Positions 21,330 through 30,448 are shown, counted from the stretch's first letter. The stretch: 30,756 nt of DNA from Verrucomicrobiota bacterium (GCA_038214755.1 JBBQRQ010000061.1:1-30756); one strand, 5' to 3'. Notes: a model not told the origin generated them from the letters alone. A program made the numbers and translations.

Positions 21330-21346
21330 GAGGCAGATGCTACCCG
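21330..21346. repeat. Fragment of the 15111-15248 REP family
   Basis: gaggcagatgctacccg is identical to 15232-15248. Confidence 0.75.
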
Positions 21347-21413
21347 CCAACTCCGGCTTGTATTTGTGCTCTGTTTATTTGATTGACTGGACCTGGCCAT
21401 TTCTAAAGCTTCA

Positions 21414-22241
21414 TTGATGAAAAAAAATCGTTCGCAAAAAATACTCAGCCTAATTTTTTTCTTAATTCTCGTCTTTGCCACTCCACTTTTCGCGATAAAT
21501 TATACGGTCGATGTTTTTCATTCGTTCGCGCCCGCCACTTTACAAATCAACGCGGGCGATAACGTGACCTGGATTAATCAGGACGATCAATCTTCCCACA
21601 CCACGACCAGTGATACCTTTGTTTGGAACGGGACTTTGGTGAATTTTCAAGATCAGTTTACGTTTCAATTCAACAGCACCGGCACTTTTCCTTATCGCGA
21701 TTCGATTGATGGATTTACCGGCACTATCACAGTCATCGCCGCCAACTCTGCGCCTTCGGTCACGATTACCAATCCGGCGGCGGGAGCAACTTTCGCAGCC
21801 CCCGCCACGGTTCTTATTCAGGCCATCGCGTCGGATACGGGCGGTAGTGTCGCGAGCGTGACTTTTTTTGTGGACGCCATTTCAATTCGCACCAACACGA
21901 CGGCTCCCTACAGCGCGACGGCGTCCAATCTGGTCGCGGGCACTCATGTTTTTTCGGCGGTGGCCACGGATAATTTGGGCGCGAAGGCGACCAACTCCAT
22001 CAGCGTCAACGTGACAAATTCCGTCATCAACCTGAGCGGCTTCAAACTATTGGGCGGGCAATTTCAATTCAATATCTCGGGACTCAGCACTGGAAAAACA
22101 AATTTGGTCCAGGCTTCGACGAACTTATCGAATTGGATTTCTCTTCGCACCAATGTCGCGTCCACGAATTTTTCCAGCTTTACCGACACGCAAACGCCCA
22201 GCTTCTTCCGCCGATTTTATCGCGTGACGCAGCTTCCTTGA
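21414..22241 (+). CDS. Secreted cupredoxin-like + Ig-like domain protein with C-terminal FYR domain
   Basis: Signal peptide; SFAPATLQINAGDNVTWIN..SHTTTSD cupredoxin-like domain whose ligand loop FPYRDSIDGF lacks Cys/His/Met; one Ig-like domain; ends RRFYRVTQLP. Confidence 0.85.
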   Translation: MMKKNRSQKILSLIFFLILVFATPLFAINYTVDVFHSFAPATLQINAGDNVTWINQDDQSSHTTTSDTFVWNGTLVNFQDQFTFQFNSTGTFPYRDSIDGFTGTITVIAANSAPSVTITNPAAGATFAAPATVLIQAIASDTGGSVASVTFFVDAISIRTNTTAPYSATASNLVAGTHVFSAVATDNLGAKATNSISVNVTNSVINLSGFKLLGGQFQFNISGLSTGKTNLVQASTNLSNWISLRTNVASTNFSSFTDTQTPSFFRRFYRVTQLP

Positions 22242-22253
22242 TCGAGCTTCGGC

Positions 22254-23057
22254 ATGACGACTTTGCTTCTCGCCACGGGCAACGCACACAAAGTGGCTGA
22301 GATTCGCGCCATTCTGGGAGAGGGATTTCGCTATCTCACGCTGAATGATTTTCCGGGCGCGCCAAAGACAGTTGAGGACGCGGCGACGTTTGCGGGCAAT
22401 GCGACGAAAAAAGCGGTGGAACTGGCGAATTGGCTTTCGAGAATTTCCTGGAGCGAATTTCAAAAGGCGAAGGCAATTTCGAATTTTGATTCGGGAAACT
22501 TTTTTGTGCTGGCGGACGACTCCGGTTTGGAAGTCGATGCGCTCCATGGCGCGCCAGGAATTTATTCCGCTCGCTTCGCCGCAGCTATCGTAGCCGCGCC
22601 TTGTGAGAGCGCGGACGCCTTGATTCAATTTGAAAAGTCATCCGCGCCCTCCCGAGACACAGTTGCGGGGAATTTTTCGGACGCGGCTCCGGGAAATTCT
22701 TCCGACGCAGAGAACAAAGAAAAATTGCTGCGCCTTCTGGAAAAAGTTCCGGCGGAAAAACGCACCGCCCGTTTTCGTTGCGCCATCGCGCTCACTCCCG
22801 CAGTCGCGCGCGCGCAGGAAAATAATTCGCCGGTTTGTTTCGTGAACGAAACAGAATTGCGCGCGGAAATTTTCGAAGGGGTTTGTGAAGGTCGCATCGC
22901 GTTCGCGGAGAGCGGGCGTGGTGGCTTCGGCTACGATTCGCTTTTTGTGCCGGATGGCTGGCAGAAAAGCTTTGCCGAATTGGGCGGAGCTGAAAAAAAT
23001 AAAATCAGCCATCGGGGAAGAGCACTGGAGAAGTTGCGAGCGGGTTTACGCGGATAG
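22254..23057 (+). CDS. rdgB: Non-canonical purine NTP pyrophosphatase (RdgB/HAM1 family)
   Basis: LATGNAHKVAE, E..ATFAGNA..KA, LADDSGLEVDAL.GAPGIYSARFA, GFGYD..F, KNKISHRG.AL; carries several insertions. Confidence 0.95.
   Translation: MTTLLLATGNAHKVAEIRAILGEGFRYLTLNDFPGAPKTVEDAATFAGNATKKAVELANWLSRISWSEFQKAKAISNFDSGNFFVLADDSGLEVDALHGAPGIYSARFAAAIVAAPCESADALIQFEKSSAPSRDTVAGNFSDAAPGNSSDAENKEKLLRLLEKVPAEKRTARFRCAIALTPAVARAQENNSPVCFVNETELRAEIFEGVCEGRIAFAESGRGGFGYDSLFVPDGWQKSFAELGGAEKNKISHRGRALEKLRAGLRG
22590..22666. repeat. Degenerate GTAG REP doublet inside rdgB
   Basis: gtagccgcgccttgtgagagcgcgga (22590-22615) vs tccgcgccctcccgagacacagttgc (22641-22666): 18/26 inverted match. Confidence 0.6.
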
Positions 23058-23093
23058 CTTCAGCGCCGGGCGGGCGGGACTTGGCCTCGGGCT

Positions 23094-23277
23094 AAAACCG
23101 AAATCCGAGATCAGAAATCCGAAAGAAATCCGAAATCTGAAGGCCGAAGACGAGAGCGCTGCGAAACTGTGCGTGTGGCAAAGCACTTTTCTGGGCGCTG
23201 ACGCGAAGTTAATTTCGGTATTCGGATTTCGGCCTTCTTTCGGATTTCGGGAGATTCGGATTTCGGATTTTGGAATT
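23094..23277. repeat. Inverted pair of heptamer arrays (AAATCCG-like / CGGATTT-like)
   Basis: aaaaccg aaatccg agatcag aaatccg aaag aaatccg aaatctg aaggccg ... tttcgg tattcgg atttcgg ccttctttcgg atttcgg gagattcgg atttcgg attttgg; intergenic between rdgB and the response regulator. Confidence 0.85.
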
Positions 23278-23346
23278 CAGGCTAAAAACTCAAATCTGAA
23301 ATCGACAACGCGAATAAATTCAGGCTTCAATGGGGAAAACAATTTC

Positions 23347-23859
23347 ATGAGCAAAACAATTTTACTGGTGGACGACGACAAGGATGACATTTTCTTCATG
23401 AAACGCGCTTTCGAAGAGGCCGCGCTTTTGAATCCGGTAAAAATTCTTCGCGACGGACAGGAGGCCATTGATTATCTCAGTGGCGCCGGCAAGTACGCAG
23501 ACCGCATCCAATATCCGTTGCCCTTTCTCGTCCTGCTGGATTTGAAAATGCCGCGGGTAATGGGGCTGGAAGTTTTGCAATGGATTCGAGAACAGCCGCG
23601 GTTCAAGACGCTCATCGTCATCGTTTTGACTTCATCCAAAATGCAAGCCGATATCAAAACCGCCTATCGGCTCGGCGCGAATTCTTACCTGGTCAAACCG
23701 GCCTCCTCCGACAAATTGACCGCGATGATCGCCGGCATAAAACGCTATTGGCTGGATCTCAATGAGGCGTGGCCGGAAGATCCGGAAGCAAGTTCTGCCC
23801 GCGACGAGAGTCAGCCCGGCGACGAGGGTCAGTCCCCACTTGGTGACAAAAAAAATTAA
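23347..23859 (+). CDS. Single-domain response regulator (Rcp1-like receiver)
   Basis: ILLVDDDKDD, LVLLDLKMP (phospho-Asp), VLTSS, GANSYLVKP, ..YWL. Start at ATG 23347; the upstream part of ORF 22885 is repeat-derived. Confidence 0.93.
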   Translation: MSKTILLVDDDKDDIFFMKRAFEEAALLNPVKILRDGQEAIDYLSGAGKYADRIQYPLPFLVLLDLKMPRVMGLEVLQWIREQPRFKTLIVIVLTSSKMQADIKTAYRLGANSYLVKPASSDKLTAMIAGIKRYWLDLNEAWPEDPEASSARDESQPGDEGQSPLGDKKN

Positions 23860-23920
23860 AGAAGTCGCCCACGCCTTTGCGCCGGACGGATTCCTGGTTG
23901 CGGAAAAAATAATTCTCGCG

Positions 23921-24967
23921 ATGCCCACATCAAATCCACTGGCCGAAGATTTGGACCACATTCTCGCCCACACCGAAGGACTTTGGGAAGAACTGCGCGG
24001 CCAAAAAGTTTTCATCACGGGCGCGACGGGATTTTTCGGTTGCTGGCTTTTGGAGAGTTTTGCGTGGGCCAACGAGAAATTAAGTTTGAAAGCTGAAGCC
24101 GTCGCCCTTACTCGCCATCTGGAAAGTTTTCAGAAAAAAGCGCCGCACCTTGCCAACCATTCCTCGATTCGTTTTCAGATCGGCGATGTCCGCGATTTTC
24201 AATTTTCAGAGGAGAAATTTTCTTTCGTGATCCACGCCGCGACTGAAGCCAGCGCGAAATTGAATCAGGAAAATCCATTGCTCATGCTCGACACGATTGT
24301 CGAAGGCACACGACACACTCTGGATTTCGCCGTGAAAAGCGGCGCAACGAAATTTTTGCTGACGAGTTCCGGTGCAGTCTATGGCGACCAACCCGCTGAT
24401 CTGACCCATCTGCCTGAGGATTTTTCCGGCGGACCGAATCCACTCGATCCCAATTCCGCTTATGGCGAAGGCAAACGCATGGCGGAACTTTTATGCGCGA
24501 CTTACCCGAAACAACACGGACTCGAAACGAAAATTGCGCGCTGCTTCGCCTTTGTCGGGCCATATCTCCCGCTCGACACGCACTTCGCCATTGGAAATTT
24601 TATCCGCGATGCGTTGCGCGGCGGCCCCATTCAAATCAAGGGCGACGGCACGCCCTTTCGCTCCTATCTTTACGCCGCAGATCTGACGATCTGGCTCTGG
24701 ACAATTTTATTTCGCGGCCAAAGTTGTCGTCCCTACAATGTCGGTTCCGCGCGCGGTCTGCCGATTTCGGAAGTAGCCAACGCAGTCAACGCGGCTTTTG
24801 AAAACAAATTGAAAATTACCATTGCGCAAAAAGCCGTCGCCGGAAAACCAGTGTCGCGCTACGTCCCTTCCACAGAGCGCGCGGAACAGGAGTTGAATTT
24901 GCGCGAGAGAATTTTGTTGAACGATTCGATTCGGAAAACAGCATATTGGAACTCAAAACCTGAATGA
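23921..24967 (+). CDS. NAD-dependent epimerase/dehydratase (extended SDR, NDP-sugar modifying)
   Basis: ITGATGFFG, IHAAT, SSGAVYG, YGEGK (YxxxK), GDGTPFRSYLY, YNVGS; start at ATG 23921. Confidence 0.93.
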   Translation: MPTSNPLAEDLDHILAHTEGLWEELRGQKVFITGATGFFGCWLLESFAWANEKLSLKAEAVALTRHLESFQKKAPHLANHSSIRFQIGDVRDFQFSEEKFSFVIHAATEASAKLNQENPLLMLDTIVEGTRHTLDFAVKSGATKFLLTSSGAVYGDQPADLTHLPEDFSGGPNPLDPNSAYGEGKRMAELLCATYPKQHGLETKIARCFAFVGPYLPLDTHFAIGNFIRDALRGGPIQIKGDGTPFRSYLYAADLTIWLWTILFRGQSCRPYNVGSARGLPISEVANAVNAAFENKLKITIAQKAVAGKPVSRYVPSTERAEQELNLRERILLNDSIRKTAYWNSKPE

Positions 24968-26763
24968 AACGAGTTGCAGATTACATTTTCGATCATTTGG
25001 CGGCGACAGGAACAACGCATGTTTTCTTGCTCACTGGCGGTGGCGCGATGTTTCTGAACGACGCGCTCGGCAAATCAAAATTGAAATACGTTTGCTGTCA
25101 TCACGAGCAAGCTTGCGCGATGGCGGCAGAGGCGTATGCGCGTGTTTCCGGAAAACTCGGAGTGGTCAGCGTTACTACCGGGCCTGGCGGCATCAACGCG
25201 CTCAACGGAGTCTTTGGCGCATTCACCGATTCGATTCCGATGCTGATTATTTCCGGCCAGGTCAAACGCGAAACCTGTTTGTCGCATTATAATTTGCCGA
25301 ACCTGCGTCAGCTTGGCGATCAAGAGGTGGACATTATTCGCGTGGTGAAAGGGATTACGAAATACGCAGTGCAGGTGAACGATCCCCAAACGATTCGCCA
25401 ACATTTGGAACGCGCGATTTTTCTTGCGACTTCTGGCCGACCAGGGCCGTGCTGGCTCGATATCCCAGTCGATGTGCAATCGGAGATGATTGATGAAGCG
25501 CAACTGCCCTCTTACGATTGGACCAGCGATGAGATTAAAATTGATCGGGCGGCGCTTTCCGAAAGTTGCAAAAAAATTCTCGGCAAATTACAAAATGCGA
25601 AACGCCCCGTGATCCTGGCCGGCACAGGAGTTCGTCTCGCCGGCGCGATTGATCTGTTTGAAACCGTCGCCAAAAAACTTGGCTTGCCAGTGACGACCGC
25701 GTGGACGGCGCATGATTTGATCGCAACAGACGATCCACTTTTTTGCGGACGACCGAGCAGCTTGGGCGACCGCGCGGGAAATTTCACGGTGCAAAATTCA
25801 GACGTGCTTCTTGTGCTCGGCTCGCGTTTGAACATTCGGCAGGTCAGTTATAATTGGGAAAATTTTGCGAAACGCGCCTACAAAATTCAAGTGGACGTCG
25901 ATGCGGCTGAACTCGACAAGCCGACCGTCAAACCGGATTTGCCGGTCACATGTGATTTGAAAATTTTTCTGGAAGAACTCAATCGCCAAATTGATTTTGC
26001 GAAAATGGATTCCAAAAAACATTCCGTCTGGCTGGCCTGGTGCCGCGAACGTGTCGTCAAATATCCCGTTCTGACCGAAGCACAAAAGACCGCCGAGAAG
26101 CCAATCAACCCGTACCACTTCATCGACGTGTTGATTCGCCGATTAAACTCCGACGACACGATCGCCTGCGGCGACGGCGCGGCCTGCGTCGTTCCGTTTC
26201 AAGTTGGTTTCATAAAACGCGGCATGAGAATGTTCTGCAATTCAGGCGATGCTTCGATGGGCTATGACATTCCATCCTCAATTGGAGCCGCCTTCGCGGT
26301 GAAGGGGAAGCGCGTGATTTGTTTGGCGGGCGACGGGAGCGGGAATTTAAATATCCAGGAATTGCAAACCATCGCGCATCACAAATTGCCCATAAAAATT
26401 TTCATTTTGAACAACGGCGGCTATCTTTCCATCCGCTTGACGCAAGCCGGATTTTTCAAAGGAAATTTCGTAGGCGAAAGTTCGCGCAGTGGCGTGTCGT
26501 TTCCAGATTTTGTCAAAGTCGCAGTAGCTTATGGCTTGCCCGCCATGCGCATCGAGGAAAGTAATTTCGGAAAACAGCTCGATGATTTTTTGAAAATCGC
26601 TGGGCCGGCGCTCTGCGAAGTGATGCTCGATCCGAACCAGGGTTTTGAACCGAAGCTCAGTTCGCGCCAGCTTCCCGACGGAAAAATTATCAGCGCGTCG
26701 CTCGAAGACATGGCTCCGTTTTTAGAGCGCGACGAACTGGAAAAAAATCTTCTGGTGCCCTGA
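24964..26763 (+). CDS. Thiamine diphosphate-dependent enzyme (acetolactate synthase-like, YerE-type candidate)
   Basis: HHEQACAMAAEAYAR, VTTGPGGIN, SGRPGPCWLDIPVD, ThDP motif GDGSGNLNIQEL...LNNGGY; 4 nt overlap with the upstream epimerase. Confidence 0.92.
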   Translation: MKRVADYIFDHLAATGTTHVFLLTGGGAMFLNDALGKSKLKYVCCHHEQACAMAAEAYARVSGKLGVVSVTTGPGGINALNGVFGAFTDSIPMLIISGQVKRETCLSHYNLPNLRQLGDQEVDIIRVVKGITKYAVQVNDPQTIRQHLERAIFLATSGRPGPCWLDIPVDVQSEMIDEAQLPSYDWTSDEIKIDRAALSESCKKILGKLQNAKRPVILAGTGVRLAGAIDLFETVAKKLGLPVTTAWTAHDLIATDDPLFCGRPSSLGDRAGNFTVQNSDVLLVLGSRLNIRQVSYNWENFAKRAYKIQVDVDAAELDKPTVKPDLPVTCDLKIFLEELNRQIDFAKMDSKKHSVWLAWCRERVVKYPVLTEAQKTAEKPINPYHFIDVLIRRLNSDDTIACGDGAACVVPFQVGFIKRGMRMFCNSGDASMGYDIPSSIGAAFAVKGKRVICLAGDGSGNLNIQELQTIAHHKLPIKIFILNNGGYLSIRLTQAGFFKGNFVGESSRSGVSFPDFVKVAVAYGLPAMRIEESNFGKQLDDFLKIAGPALCEVMLDPNQGFEPKLSSRQLPDGKIISASLEDMAPFLERDELEKNLLVP

Positions 26764-26773
26764 GGCGATAACT

Positions 26774-27445
26774 ATGAGCGCTCCAAAAAAAGTTTTGCTT
26801 ACCGGCGGCGCGCGCGGCATCGGCGCCGCCATCGCCAAAGAACTGTCGAGCCGCGGCTTTCAAATTCTCGCTCCATCGCGCTCTGAACTGGATTTGGGTA
26901 AAGCGGACTCGCTCGAAAAATTTTTGCGGCAAAATTCATTGCAGTTCGACGTGTTGGTGAACAACGCCGGCATCAACATTTTGAGATCGCTTCCGGATTT
27001 GGACGGAGCGAGCTGGAACGAAATGTTGCAGACGAATCTAACCGCGCCGCTGCGTTTGATTCAGGCCGTCGCGCCACACATGCAAAAGCAAAAATGGGGA
27101 CGAATTCTCAATCTCAGTTCCATTTTTAGTTTAGTGACGAAGGAGAATCGCTCGGCTTATTCCGCAACGAAAAGCGGGTTGAACGCACTAACTCGCAGCG
27201 CTGCCGTCGAACTTGGCCCGCATGGAATTTTGGTCAACGCGCTTTGCCCTGGCTACGTTGACACGGAGTTGACGCGAAAAAATAATTCACCCGCCGAGTT
27301 GGAAAAAATTGAAGCGGCCATTCCTTTGCGGCGCATGGCGCAAGCCGATGAACTGGCTCGAATCGCGGCCTTTCTTTGCTCGGAGGAAAATAGTTATCTG
27401 ACCGGACAAATGGTCGTGGTCGATGGGGGTTTTATCTGTAAATAA
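26774..27445 (+). CDS. Short-chain dehydrogenase/reductase (FabG-like)
   Basis: TGGARGIG, LVNNAGIN, YSATK, VNALCPGYVDT, VDGG. Confidence 0.93.
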   Translation: MSAPKKVLLTGGARGIGAAIAKELSSRGFQILAPSRSELDLGKADSLEKFLRQNSLQFDVLVNNAGINILRSLPDLDGASWNEMLQTNLTAPLRLIQAVAPHMQKQKWGRILNLSSIFSLVTKENRSAYSATKSGLNALTRSAAVELGPHGILVNALCPGYVDTELTRKNNSPAELEKIEAAIPLRRMAQADELARIAAFLCSEENSYLTGQMVVVDGGFICK

Positions 27446-27485
27446 TTTGAAATCGGCGGTCACATACGCGCCGCTACAAAATTCT

Positions 27486-28565
27486 ATGCTGACCATCCAG
27501 AGCAAACATCACCCGTATTCCATTGAGCCATTTTCTGATCTGGCTTCCGCGCTGGCCAATGGCGGGGAGCCGGGCGTCTTTTGTCTTGCGGACCAAAGAG
27601 TTTTTGAACTTTACGAAAAAGACTTCGCGGCAATCCCATCCGGAAGAATTTTCCGAATTGAATCGAGCGAAGAACAAAAATCTTTCGAGCGACTAACTCC
27701 GATTTTTCTTTGGTTGTTAAAAAATGGATTGCGACGCGACGGCTGTTTGCTCGTGGTAGGCGGTGGAGTGATGCAGGACATCGGTTGTTTTATTGCTTCG
27801 GTTTTATTTCGCGGCGTGCGCTGGGAGTTGGTCCCGACGACTTTGCTGGCGCAGTGCGATAGTTGTATCGGCAGCAAGAGTTCCATCAATATCGAGTCCT
27901 ACAAAAATCAAATCGGAACCTTTTATCCACCGCATCGGATCTGTCTGACGTATTCCGTTTTAAAAACGCTGCCATGGGATGAAATCCGTTCTGGTTTGGG
28001 CGAAGTGGTCAAACTGCACTTGCTCACGGGTGAAAAGGAGTTTTCCGATTTGATGCGCGATTTGTCGCGCGTCCGCGAGGATGAAAAAATTCTTCCTAAA
28101 TGGATTGAGAGTTCGCTCAAAATTAAAAAGACCTACATCGAAGAGGATGAATTCGACAAAGGCATTCGTAACTTGCTGAACTATGGTCACACCTTCGGGC
28201 ATGCCTACGAGTCCACGACGCACTTTGCCATTCCGCATGGCATCGCAGTGACCCTCGGCATGTTGACAGCGACTTACGTTTCTGTCCGGATGAATTTAGT
28301 GGAGACGGAATATTTTCGAAAACTAAATGAGGAATTACGCCCTTGGTTTCAACCGTTCGAGAAAGAATTAAAGAAAGTTGAACTCTCGGCAATTTTGAAT
28401 GCAATCAAGCTCGACAAAAAAAATACTAAAGATTCGGTCAACTGCATTTTAACGCGTGGCGCAGGTAAAATGGAGAAAACTTCCGTGAACCTTGAGGCGC
28501 AGCTCAAACCTTTTGTTTCTGAATTTATCTCCATGCACTGTTCGGGAGAGATGGACTTACTTTGA
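27486..28565 (+). CDS. 3-dehydroquinate synthase-like sugar-phosphate cyclase family protein
   Basis: GGGVMQD, PTTLLAQCDSCIGSK, KNQIGTFYPP, GLGEVVK, RNLLNYGHTFGHAYE, PHGIAV, DKK. Start taken as ATG 27486; the ORF extends to 27423. Confidence 0.9.
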   Translation: MLTIQSKHHPYSIEPFSDLASALANGGEPGVFCLADQRVFELYEKDFAAIPSGRIFRIESSEEQKSFERLTPIFLWLLKNGLRRDGCLLVVGGGVMQDIGCFIASVLFRGVRWELVPTTLLAQCDSCIGSKSSINIESYKNQIGTFYPPHRICLTYSVLKTLPWDEIRSGLGEVVKLHLLTGEKEFSDLMRDLSRVREDEKILPKWIESSLKIKKTYIEEDEFDKGIRNLLNYGHTFGHAYESTTHFAIPHGIAVTLGMLTATYVSVRMNLVETEYFRKLNEELRPWFQPFEKELKKVELSAILNAIKLDKKNTKDSVNCILTRGAGKMEKTSVNLEAQLKPFVSEFISMHCSGEMDLL

Positions 28566-28590
28566 CTTGCCTCGGCCCATTACATAAATT
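28562..28590 (+). promoter_or_regulatory. Candidate internal sigma70-type promoter for the NeuB-like gene
   Basis: TTGACT (28562-28567)-N17-TAAATT (28585-28590), 34 nt before ATG 28625. Confidence 0.45.
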
Positions 28591-28624
28591 GCAGCGCTGA
28601 ATTTACATTTGGCCGCCAGGGATT

Positions 28625-29713
28625 ATGAATCGCGATATTTTTGAAGACTTATTTGTTTTGGAGATGACCAACAATCATCTCGGCAGCGTGGACCGCGCGT
28701 TGAAAATTGCCGAACAGCACGCGCGTATTGTCCGCTTTAACAACGTTCGCGCCGCGATCAAGCTCCAATTCCGCGACGTGGAGAGTTTCATCCACAAAGA
28801 TTTTCGCGACCGAAATGATATTCGCTACATCCGCCGCGTTACGGAAACTAAAATGTCGAAAGCGGATTATACGACGTTAGTGAATGCCATAAAAAAATTG
28901 GGCTGTATTCCGCTCGCGACGCCGTTTGATGAAAAATCCGTGGATTGGTGCGTGGAGTTTGATTTGCCCATGATCAAAATTGCCAGCGCGGACAGCAATG
29001 ATTGGATGCTGCTCGAGAAAATTGCAAAGACGCGTAAACCCGTTCTCGTATCGGTCGGTGGACTTTCGCTCAAGGACATGGATGACATGGTCACCTTTTT
29101 TGAGAACCGAAACATTCCGATGGCAATCAATCATTGCGTGGCCGCTTACCCGCACGAAGACTCGGAATGCGAACTAAGCCAGATTGATTTCCTCAAGAAC
29201 CGTTATCCCAACCATACCATCGGCTGGTCGAGTCATGAATGCGGCGATTGGAGTTCATCCATGATGATTGCCTATGCCAAGGGAGCGAGGACGTTCGAGC
29301 GGCACATCGACATTGAAGAAGGGGGAGCGCCCGTTGCGAAATATTCCTCATTACCCGCGCAAATCGACACATGGTTCAAGGCATTCCAGAAAGTAAAGGA
29401 AATGTGCGGCACGTCCGAGGCGCACCGGAAAATTCCTTTGGAAAAGGAAACCAGCTACTTGGATTCCTATGTGCGGGGGGTTTACGCGAAGGTCGATTTG
29501 AAAGAAGGACAGCAATTACTGGAAGAAGACATTTATCTGGCCATACCTTTGCAGAAGGGACAAATCTCCTGCCGCGAATTGATGCTGGGACGTTATGGTC
29601 ACAAGATGATTGCGCCGTGTAAAAAAGATCAGCCGATTACTATCGAGATGCTCGACACGCCCTACGCAGAAAATGAGTCGTTGAAGAAAGCGATTTATCA
29701 ACGGGGATTGTAA
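28625..29713 (+). CDS. N-acetylneuraminate synthase (NeuB) family protein with C-terminal SAF-like domain
   Basis: [63 protein letters not shown]. Confidence 0.9.
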   Translation: MNRDIFEDLFVLEMTNNHLGSVDRALKIAEQHARIVRFNNVRAAIKLQFRDVESFIHKDFRDRNDIRYIRRVTETKMSKADYTTLVNAIKKLGCIPLATPFDEKSVDWCVEFDLPMIKIASADSNDWMLLEKIAKTRKPVLVSVGGLSLKDMDDMVTFFENRNIPMAINHCVAAYPHEDSECELSQIDFLKNRYPNHTIGWSSHECGDWSSSMMIAYAKGARTFERHIDIEEGGAPVAKYSSLPAQIDTWFKAFQKVKEMCGTSEAHRKIPLEKETSYLDSYVRGVYAKVDLKEGQQLLEEDIYLAIPLQKGQISCRELMLGRYGHKMIAPCKKDQPITIEMLDTPYAENESLKKAIYQRGL

Positions 29714-29734
29714 CGTTTCAAACAAGTGAACCGA

Positions 29735-30448
29735 ATGAAACTGATTCAGCATAGATTTTTCGGTTTCACGCTAATTGAATTGCTGGTGGTCATCGCGATC
29801 ATAGCCCTTCTTGCCGCTTTGCTTTTGCCGGCCTTGAGCGCTGCCAGAGAGAAAGGGAAACGGGTTCAATGTTTAAATAATTTTAAGCAAATCGCGATGG
29901 CCATGCTGCTCTATGCCGACGATGATTCTCACCATCAGGCGCCAAATGCGCGCGACGCGGAATGGGAGTTTTATAGCCCCCTACAGTTTAAAAGCGGACA
30001 GCTTTGGCCTTATTTGAAATCCGAAAAAATATGGTTGTGCCCAAATACGGTCTCTAGGAGTCAGGTCGCCAACGGTGCTCCATTGGGATATCCACTTAAT
30101 TGGAATTATGTTTTCAACGGCCAACCTGTTGCCTCGCAAACGAAGGGGGTGACCATTGATCCAACTCGCGTAAAATATTCCCCGACGCGCGTCTTTTGGA
30201 TTTTTGAACAATCGTGGACTGACCCCTACGCCTTCGACAACACTGTGGCTCTCTACAGTTGGTTTACCCGCAATGGAATTCTTGATTCTAACGACGATAC
30301 CTTAGGCGCGTATCATTCCAAAGGAGGGTTGCTTGCCTACTTCGATGGTCATGCTGGCTGGATGTTACGCGCAAAATATTTAAAACAAGTGAGCACCCCG
30401 GAAGGTTACAAGGAATTGGGGGGAGGATACATGGGGCTTTCGTGGTGA
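29735..30448 (+). CDS. Prepilin-type N-terminal cleavage/methylation protein with H-X9-DG motif
   Basis: [52 protein letters not shown] (H-X9-DG). Alternative GTG start at 29726. Confidence 0.93.
   Translation: MKLIQHRFFGFTLIELLVVIAIIALLAALLLPALSAAREKGKRVQCLNNFKQIAMAMLLYADDDSHHQAPNARDAEWEFYSPLQFKSGQLWPYLKSEKIWLCPNTVSRSQVANGAPLGYPLNWNYVFNGQPVASQTKGVTIDPTRVKYSPTRVFWIFEQSWTDPYAFDNTVALYSWFTRNGILDSNDDTLGAYHSKGGLLAYFDGHAGWMLRAKYLKQVSTPEGYKELGGGYMGLSW

Noticed and set aside
22885..23346. N-terminal 154 aa extension of the response regulator ORF
   Set aside because: It overlaps rdgB and translates the heptamer arrays (KSEIRNPK, FGFRPSFGFR); the receiver domain starts at ATG 23347.
23762..23920. N-terminal extension of the epimerase ORF
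   Set aside because: It overlaps the response regulator; ATG 23921 gives a typical family length.
24964..26763. Calling this gene ilvB/ilvI
   Set aside because: No regulatory subunit or ilvC is adjacent, and it is translationally coupled to an NDP-sugar enzyme; symbol withheld.
27486..28565. Calling this gene aroB
   Set aside because: Motif deviations and sugar-cluster context, with no aroK/aroC nearby.
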